A stretch of 64,000 nt of DNA. Origin: Desulfarculia bacterium (GTDB lineage Bacteria > Desulfobacterota > Desulfarculia > Adiutricales > JAGVGV01). The stretch covers positions 1,472,249 to 1,536,248 of the forward strand of contig OY759590.1 in the NCBI GenBank assembly GCA_963662445.1, in the 5' to 3' direction. The position numbers and the translations under genes were made by a program. The notes below the pieces were generated by a model, which was not told where the DNA came from, did not search any database, and was given only the letters and a program-made list of their open reading frames with translations. Below are positions 61,775-64,000 of the stretch, one piece after another. The first letter of the stretch is position 1. Each line of letters opens with the position of its first letter.

Positions 61775-63469
61775 GTGAGCTACGATGACCGTCCCTGGTT
61801 GAAATGGTATGACGATGGCGTCAAGCCGGAAGTCCGGGTTCCCGATGAAACAGCTCTCGACCGCCTCCTGCGCGTCCGGGACAAATACTCGGGCAGGCCT
61901 GCCTTGTACTTTCTTGGCCGGACCATAACCTATGCCCGGCTCTTCGAGCATTCCGCCCGCTTCGCCCAGGCCCTTTCCAAGGCCGGGTGCCGTCCCGGCG
62001 ATGTCGTGGCCATCAACCTCCCCAACATCCCTCAATACCTGGTCGCCCAGATCGGCGCGATCATGGCCGGTTGCGCAGCCTCGGGCCTTTCGCCTCTGCT
62101 CACTGCGCCGGAGATGGTCCACCAGCTCAAGGACAGCCGGGCCGCCGCCCTGGTCACTCTGGACGCGGTTTTTGAAAAGCGTTTTCTGGAGATAGAAAAA
62201 CAGCTCCCTGACCTGAAGTTCGTCGCCGCCGCCGGGCTGCTCGACTACGCCAGTCCGGTCAAACGTTTGCTGGGGAACTGGCTGAAAAAGGTACCCACCG
62301 GCAAGGTCACCCCTCTGCCCGGACGCACGGTCGCCCGCTTCAAGGAAATGCTCAAGGAGAACGAGCCCAATCCGCCGGAAGTGAAGATCACTCCGGACCA
62401 CACCATGCTGGTCCAGTACACCGGCGGGACCACCGGTTTGCCGAAGGGGGCCATGCTGACTCACCGGAATTTCATTTCGAACCTGGCCCAGTTCGATCAC
62501 TGGATGGGGCTGGAGCCTGGCCGCGAGGTATTCCTGTCCGGTTTTCCTTTCTTTCACCTAGCCGGGCTCGGCGTGGGCATGCTGGGATTGAGCCTGGGGG
62601 CGGCCCAGATACTCATCCCCAACCCTCGGGACACCAAGTTCATAGTCAAGGAAATGTCATCCCGGCCGCCGACCTTCATGACCAACGTTCCTTCCCTTTA
62701 CATGATGCTGACCGAGGATGAGGGATTCAGGAAGCTTGATTTTTCGGTCCTGAGCTGCTGCATATCGGGAGCCGCTCCGTACCCCGCGGAATCCATCCTG
62801 GAGCTCGAAAAGATCATCGGTCCGGGCAAGGTCGTGGAAGTGTACGGCATGACGGAGACCAGTCCTCTCATCACCATGAATCCCAGGCGGGGCCGGAAGA
62901 AGATCGGCTCCGTAGGCCTGCCTCTGCCTTCCACCCGCATCCGGCTAGTCGACCTGGAAAACGGCGTGGACCAGGTTCCGGTCGGCGAAGAAGGAGAACT
63001 GATCTGCCAGGGGCCTCAGGTCATGAAAGGCTACCATGGAAAACCGGCCGAGACGGCGGCCGTTCTCCGTCAGGCGGAAGACCAAATATGGATTCATACC
63101 GGCGACATTGCCCGGATGGATGAAGATGGTTTTTTCTATATCGTCGACCGGGCCAAGGACATGCTCAATGTGGGAGGATACAAGGTTTTTTCCCGCGAAC
63201 TGGAAGACAAATTTTACAGTCACCCGGCCATAGAGCTCTGCGCCGTCGTCGGATTGCCCAACCGGAAACGTCCCGGCAGCGAGATAGTCAAGCTGGTTGT
63301 CCAGAAATCGGCGGCCTGGCAGGACCGCACCGACGAAGAAACCCGTGCTGCCATTGATGAATACGCCCGGGCCAATCTTTCTGCGTACAAGGTGCCCAAG
63401 GTGATCGAATTCGTATCCAGTATGCCTCTGACCAACGTGGGGAAGGTTGACAAAAAGGCTCTACGCTGA
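61775..63469 (+). CDS. Long-chain acyl-CoA ligase (AMP-forming), FadD-like
   Basis: 564 aa. AMP-binding motifs YTGGTTGLPKGAMLTH, YGMTETS, TGDIARMDEDGFFYIVDRAKD, and a C-terminal GKVDKKAL. Confidence 0.9.
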   Translation: MSYDDRPWLKWYDDGVKPEVRVPDETALDRLLRVRDKYSGRPALYFLGRTITYARLFEHSARFAQALSKAGCRPGDVVAINLPNIPQYLVAQIGAIMAGCAASGLSPLLTAPEMVHQLKDSRAAALVTLDAVFEKRFLEIEKQLPDLKFVAAAGLLDYASPVKRLLGNWLKKVPTGKVTPLPGRTVARFKEMLKENEPNPPEVKITPDHTMLVQYTGGTTGLPKGAMLTHRNFISNLAQFDHWMGLEPGREVFLSGFPFFHLAGLGVGMLGLSLGAAQILIPNPRDTKFIVKEMSSRPPTFMTNVPSLYMMLTEDEGFRKLDFSVLSCCISGAAPYPAESILELEKIIGPGKVVEVYGMTETSPLITMNPRRGRKKIGSVGLPLPSTRIRLVDLENGVDQVPVGEEGELICQGPQVMKGYHGKPAETAAVLRQAEDQIWIHTGDIARMDEDGFFYIVDRAKDMLNVGGYKVFSRELEDKFYSHPAIELCAVVGLPNRKRPGSEIVKLVVQKSAAWQDRTDEETRAAIDEYARANLSAYKVPKVIEFVSSMPLTNVGKVDKKALR

Positions 63470-63591
63470 ACGTGGTTCCTGTTTCGGTGTCCGGTTTTGG
63501 TTGACGAAAGCGATGAAATGACACATCCTTGACTCTGGAATAACGGCTTCAGGCCGGCCTAATTACCGAAACAGGGGATGAAAATCCGGCA

Positions 63592-64000
63592 ATGCACGCG
63601 GAACCGCACAACGGTCGGTTGCCCGACTCCGCCCGAGTCCTGATTATTGACGACGACGCAGAGGTCTGCCTCGCCCTGGCCGACATGATCCAGGCCATAG
63701 GGCACGAGGCTGAATGCGCTTATACGCTCAGCGGGGGGCTGCATCAGGCTGTCCGCGGGCGTTACGACGTAGTCTTTCTGGATGTGAACATGCCGGACGG
63801 CAACGGGTTGGAAGCCCTGCCGGGCATCCGCAAGGCTGAATTCGCACCGGAAGTCATCATCATCACCGGGCAGGGCGACGCCGATGGAGCCGAACTGGCC
63901 ATCAAAAGCGGTGCCTGGGATTATATCGCCAAACCCGCGTCGCTGAATTCCATGACCCTGCCGCTGGTCCGGGCTCTTCAGTACCGGGCCGAAAAAAGAA
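63592..64000 (+). CDS. Response-regulator receiver domain protein (probably NtrC family). The C-terminus runs off the right edge of the window.
   Basis: My translation: MHAEPHNGRLPDSARVLIIDDDAEVCLALADMIQAIGHEAE...YDVVFLDVNMPDGNGLEALPGIRK...VIIITGQGDADGAELAIKSGAWDYIAKP. Confidence 0.8.
   Translation, partial: MHAEPHNGRLPDSARVLIIDDDAEVCLALADMIQAIGHEAECAYTLSGGLHQAVRGRYDVVFLDVNMPDGNGLEALPGIRKAEFAPEVIIITGQGDADGAELAIKSGAWDYIAKPASLNSMTLPLVRALQYRAEKR

Overview
About 60% GC chromosomal segment from a Gram-negative bacterium, shown by LapA/LapB, Lnt, a PagL-like deacylase and a LolA-like protein. The abundance of sigma-54 activators and giant multi-PAS histidine kinases suggests a deltaproteobacterial (Desulfobacterota-like) organism, but that is inference only. 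Nearly all of the window is coding. Content from left to right:

- (1) A translationally coupled minus-strand nonulosonic-acid (sialic/legionaminic-type) operon: MerR, NeuA, NeuB, NeuC, a NeuD-like acetyltransferase, and HisF-like and HisH-like genes. A good sigma-54 promoter match sits in front of it.
- (2) A DUF554 / ACT / UPF0210 block.
- (3) A five-gene envelope ABC module: LolA-like protein, two FtsX-type permeases, an ATPase and a putative beta-barrel.
- (4) A membrane-anchored double solute-binding protein followed by two about 1100-1200 aa hybrid histidine kinases, one with a PocR domain.
- (5) Housekeeping genes: tag, PagL-like, NUDIX, tRNA-Lys(CTT), dinB, HIT, lapAB, mutS, amidase, prfB with its programmed +1 frameshift, lnt, corC, an FHA-GAF sigma-54 activator, DUF1015, a TrmN6-like methyltransferase and DciA/DUF721.
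- (6) A third 1196 aa PAS kinase, divergent from a TetR gene.
- (7) The most unusual part, a TetR-associated seven-gene acyl-CoA operon (53.5-63.5 kb). Its enzymes carry SCP2 sterol-carrier domains: a domain-permuted MFE-2-like protein, a four-domain HMG-CoA-synthase-like/DUF35/SDR/SCP2 fusion that appears to lack the synthase catalytic residues, an SCPx-type thiolase, an orphan 114 aa protein, an acyl-CoA dehydrogenase, a thioesterase and an acyl-CoA ligase.

Separately, five intergenic gaps carry copies of a modular, hairpin-rich mosaic repeat family, including a 143 bp tandem array. No CRISPR array, transposase, integrase or prophage genes were seen. All calls come from reading the translations and the DNA by eye. 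No database search was run.
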